From the IMG/VR virus record IMGVR_UViG_2690316285_000016: DNA of 8,002 nucleotides, one strand, 5' to 3'. A model generated the notes under the pieces. It had not been told where the DNA came from, did no database searches, and worked only from the letters and a program-made list of their open reading frames with translations. Positions 5,363-8,002 of the stretch are shown here, one piece after another; positions within the stretch are counted from its first letter, which is position 1; the number at the start of each line of letters is the position of its first letter. Position numbers and translations under genes: made by a program. The DNA comes from a virus. Its lineage: Duplodnaviria; Heunggongvirae; Uroviricota; Caudoviricetes.

Positions 5363-6421
5363 TCATCCGTTCTGGCTGACTAAATCCTGTACTTCCCGAA
5401 CCGTCTGCTCAAAACGTTCAGTCTCCAGCTCAACGCCAATTGCACGACGCCCGAGCGCCAGTGCCGCTTTCACTGTCGAACCCAACCCCATGAAAAAATC
5501 TGCAATCAGGTCACCCGGACGACTGCTAGCGCTGATTATCTGCTGCAGCATTTCTGCCGGTTTTTCGCACGGATGTTTCCCGGGATAGAACTGCACCGGT
5601 TTATGCGTCCACACATCGGTATACGGCACCTGCACCGTCACGCCAAAATACCGCCGCAGATGTTTATATTCACTCAGCAGCTCCGCATACTGCCGGTTCA
5701 GTGAGGTATACGTATCCACCAGCTGGTGGTGGAGCTTTTCCAGTTCACCACGCCGATGCTTCTCTTCTGCCACCCGGGCAAACAGCGCCTGTAATTTCAG
5801 ATAATCGCTTTCATTCGGCAACTGCCACTGACCGGCACTGAACCAGTGCGACACCATGTTTTTCTTTCCTGTGGCATCTGCAATCTGTTTTGCCGTTATC
5901 CCCAGGGCAGCTCGCGCATCACGAAAGTAAGAAATCAGCGGGGCCATCACATGCTGTTTCAGTGCACTGCCCTTCGCCGCATACCCGGCATCTTTCGGAC
6001 GATACGGCCCCTGATAATGTTCCGCGAACAGAATGCGCTCTGTGGCGGGGAAATACGCCCGCAGGCTTTCCTTGTTGCATCCGTTCCAGCGTCCGGACGG
6101 CTTCGCCCAGATAATATGGTTCAGCACACTGAAGCGTTCACGCATCATGATTTCGATATCAGATGCCAGGCGATGACCACAGAACAGGTAAAGACTTCCG
6201 GCAGGTTTCAGCACCCGCCAGAACTGCGCCAGACACTGGTCCAGCCACTTCAGGTAATCATCGTCGCCCTTCCACTGGTTATCCCAGCCCTCAGGCTTCA
6301 CTTTAAAGTACGGCGGGTCCGTGACTATCAGGTCAACAGAATTTTCGGGTAACGACCGGATAAATTCCAGGCAGTCGGCGTTGATTAACTCACAACTGGA
6401 TATTTTTACAGTATTAAGCAT
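5363..6421 (-). CDS. Orphan DNA methyltransferase, beta-class N6-adenine/N4-cytosine (N6_N4_Mtase fold), 352 aa
   Basis: Catalytic motif IV DPPY near the N-terminus (LIVTDPPYF) and SAM-binding motif I near the C-terminus (DFFMGLGST): the permuted order typical of beta-class amino-MTases. No restriction endonuclease partner in the window. ATG 6421..6419 overlaps the upstream gene's TAA (6416..6414): ATGCTTAA. Confidence 0.85.
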   Translation of the reverse strand: MLNTVKISSCELINADCLEFIRSLPENSVDLIVTDPPYFKVKPEGWDNQWKGDDDYLKWLDQCLAQFWRVLKPAGSLYLFCGHRLASDIEIMMRERFSVLNHIIWAKPSGRWNGCNKESLRAYFPATERILFAEHYQGPYRPKDAGYAAKGSALKQHVMAPLISYFRDARAALGITAKQIADATGKKNMVSHWFSAGQWQLPNESDYLKLQALFARVAEEKHRRGELEKLHHQLVDTYTSLNRQYAELLSEYKHLRRYFGVTVQVPYTDVWTHKPVQFYPGKHPCEKPAEMLQQIISASSRPGDLIADFFMGLGSTVKAALALGRRAIGVELETERFEQTVREVQDLVSQNG

Positions 6422-6815
6422 GGATCATTAAGCCTGTCTCTGATAGGCTCATTCTGCTTTTGCGCAAAGCAGTGGGCCTGAGGTTTGCTTGTGAACCCAA
6501 CGCATGAGNNNNNNNNNNNNNNNNNNNNNNNNNNNNNNNNNNNNNNNNNNNNNNNNNNNNNNNNNNNNNNNNNNNNNNNNNNNNNNNNNNNNNNNNNNNN
6601 NNNNNNNNNNNNNNNNNNNNNNNNNNNNNNNNNNNNNNNNNNNNNNNNNNNNNNNNNNNNNNNNNNNNNNNNNNNNNNNNNNNNNNNNNNNNNNNNNNNN
6701 NNNNNNNNNNNNNNNNNNNNNNNNNNNNNNNNNNNNNNNNNNNNNNNNNNNNNNNNNNNNNNNNNNNNNNNNNNNNNNNNCTGGCGGTTTCTGTCATATC
6801 CTGCTGTTTTAGCAT
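6414..6815 (-). CDS. Hypothetical protein upstream of and overlapping the methylase; interior N-masked (only MLKQQDMTETA... and ...HALGSQANLRPTALRKSRMSLSETGLMIHA visible)
   Basis: Candidate start ATG 6815..6813 preceded by AAGGAAAAG SD-like sequence; C-terminal fragment 6508..6417 ends in a TAA that overlaps the methylase start. Both visible ends are in the same frame only if the N-run length (272) is exact, which cannot be verified. Confidence 0.3.
   Translation of the reverse strand: MLKQQDMTETAXXXXXXXXXXXXXXXXXXXXXXXXXXXXXXXXXXXXXXXXXXXXXXXXXXXXXXXXXXXXXXXXXXXXXXXXXXXXXXXXXXXXXXXXXXXXHALGSQANLRPTALRKSRMSLSETGLMIHA
6509..6780. other. Run of 272 N (masked or unresolved sequence)
   Basis: Literal n characters in the sequence. 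Confidence 0.99.
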
Positions 6816-6847
6816 GTCTTTTCCTTTTCCGGTTAACGTGACACACC

Positions 6848-7585
6848 NNNNNNNNNNNNNNNNNNNNNNNNNNNNNNNNNNNNNNNNNNNNNNNNNNNNN
6901 NNNNNNNNNNNNNNNNNNNNNNNNNNNNNNNNNNNNNNNNNNNNNNNNNNNNNNNNNNNNNNNNNNNNNNNNNNNNNNNNNNNNNNNNNNNNNNNNNNNN
7001 NNNNNNNNNNNNNNNNNNNNNNNNNNNNNNNNNNNNNNNNNNNNNNNNNNNNNNNNNNNNNNNNNNNNNNNNNNNNNNNNNNNNNNNNNNNNNNNNNNNN
7101 NNNNNNNNNNNNNNNNNNNNNNNNNNNNNNNNNNNNNNNNNNNNNNNNNNNNNNNNNNNNNNNNNNNNNNNNNNNNNNNNNNNNNNNNNNNNNNNNNNNN
7201 NNNNNNNNNNNNNNNNNNNNNNNNNNNNNNNNNNNNNNNNNNNNNNNNNNNNNNNNNNNNNNNNNNNNNNNNNNNNNNNNNNNNNNNNNNNNNNNNNNNN
7301 NNNNNNNNNNNNNNNNNNNNNNNNNNNNNNNNNNNNNNNNNNNNNNNNNNNNNNNNNNNNNNNNNNNNNNNNNNNNNNNNNNNNNNNNNNNNNNNNNNNN
7401 NNNNNNNNNNNNNNNNNNNNNNNNNNNNNNNNNNNNNNNNNNNNNNNNNNNNNNNNNNNNNNNNNNNNNNNNNNNNNNNNNNNNNNNNNNNNNNNNNNNN
7501 NNNNNNNNNNNNNNNNNNNNNNNNNNNNNNNNNNNNNNNNNNNNNNNNNNNNNNNNNNNNNNNNNNNNNNNNNNNNNNNNNNNNN
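6848..7585. other. Run of 738 N (masked or unresolved sequence); likely hides the Q 3' end and the late promoter/qut region
   Basis: Literal n characters; every ORF-track protein containing X runs is an artefact of these blocks. Confidence 0.99.
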
Positions 7586-8002
7586 ACCTAGTTACCTTTT
7601 TTAACTGCCGCTCAGCCCATGCTTCTTCAATATCAAACCGGGTCACCAGCGCATCATAAAATTTCTTAACTGTTTTTTCCCATGACGCGCGTGTTATCTG
7701 GTTTGTCACCTCGCATATAGCATTAAATGCCTCCGTTGATGGTAGTCTTTCATAGCCACGACCACCACAACGCTGGCAGTCTCTGATAACAGGCATACCA
7801 CGTTTTACCGACTCTTCACGATGAATGGCGACACCACGCCCACGGCAATCCTTACAGGCGGTGGAAACCTCACCCTTTCCGCCACACTCCGGACAGGCAA
7901 CTTTTACCACCTCCCTGACTTTTTTCCATTCTTCCCAGTAAGACGGATACACACCTTTCGTACACTTTGCCCATACCGGCGGCTTACCATCCGGATACTG
8001 GA
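7586..8002 (-). CDS. Partial CDS (5' end beyond window, 3' end runs into N-mask): Q-family late antiterminator-like protein with three DnaJ-type CxxCxGxG zinc-finger motifs
   Basis: Minus-strand frame open to the window edge: ...QYPDGKPPVWAKCTKGVYPSYWEEWKKVREVVKVACPECGGKGEVSTACKDCRGRGVAIHREESVKRGMPVIRDCQRCGGRGYERLPSTEAFNAICEVTNQITRASWEKTVKKFYDALVTRFDIEEAWAERQLKKVTR. The C-terminal pattern (C.RC.G.GY.R.P ... W..TVK..YDALV ... VTR) matches my recollection of QuuD/QuuQ-type Q antiterminators. The ORF-track 'Met' at 7952 is GTG and is not a supported start. Confidence 0.5.

Noticed and set aside
5846-6352. Plus-strand ORFs of 168 aa and 74 aa
   Set aside because: Antisense within the methyltransferase gene, which has unambiguous catalytic motifs on the minus strand.
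6406-7952. ORF-track proteins containing long X runs (512 aa, 146 aa, 118 aa, 102 aa, 281 aa)
   Set aside because: Artefacts of N-runs, which contain no stop codons; only the unmasked ends can be interpreted. The 'start' of the 512-aa protein at 7952 is GTG and the frame stays open to the window edge.

Overview
The window reads as the late-regulatory and lysis region of a lambdoid, Stx-phage-like enterobacterial prophage, with every credible gene on the minus strand (transcribed right to left). Order along the direction of transcription: a partial Q-family antiterminator-like zinc-finger gene (7586-8002); about 1 kb of N-masked sequence (6509-6780, 6848-7585) hiding a small gene and probably the late promoter; an orphan beta-class DNA methyltransferase (5363-6421); three tRNAs (Ile2-CAU, Arg-UCG, Arg-UCU; 5073-5322); an intrinsic terminator; a ~2.3 kb region in the slot where stxAB sits in Stx phages; a NanS-p-like sialate O-acetylesterase (825-2678); a terminator; an S21-type pinholin (459-674); a DUF1327 protein (140-454); and the start of an endolysin (1-84). 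The stx slot holds no toxin genes. It is built from two ~0.8 kb direct repeats (2812-3617 and 4231-5036, identical by eye over the first 765 bp) flanking a 0.6 kb AT-rich insert with one unrecognised ORF (3810-4136/4163). This repeat-flanked cargo, together with a stack of hairpin-plus-U-tract terminators on the transcribed strand, is the most unusual part of the window. No CRISPR array, rRNA or transposase was seen. All family assignments come from reading translated motifs and gene order by eye; no database search or folding program was run.
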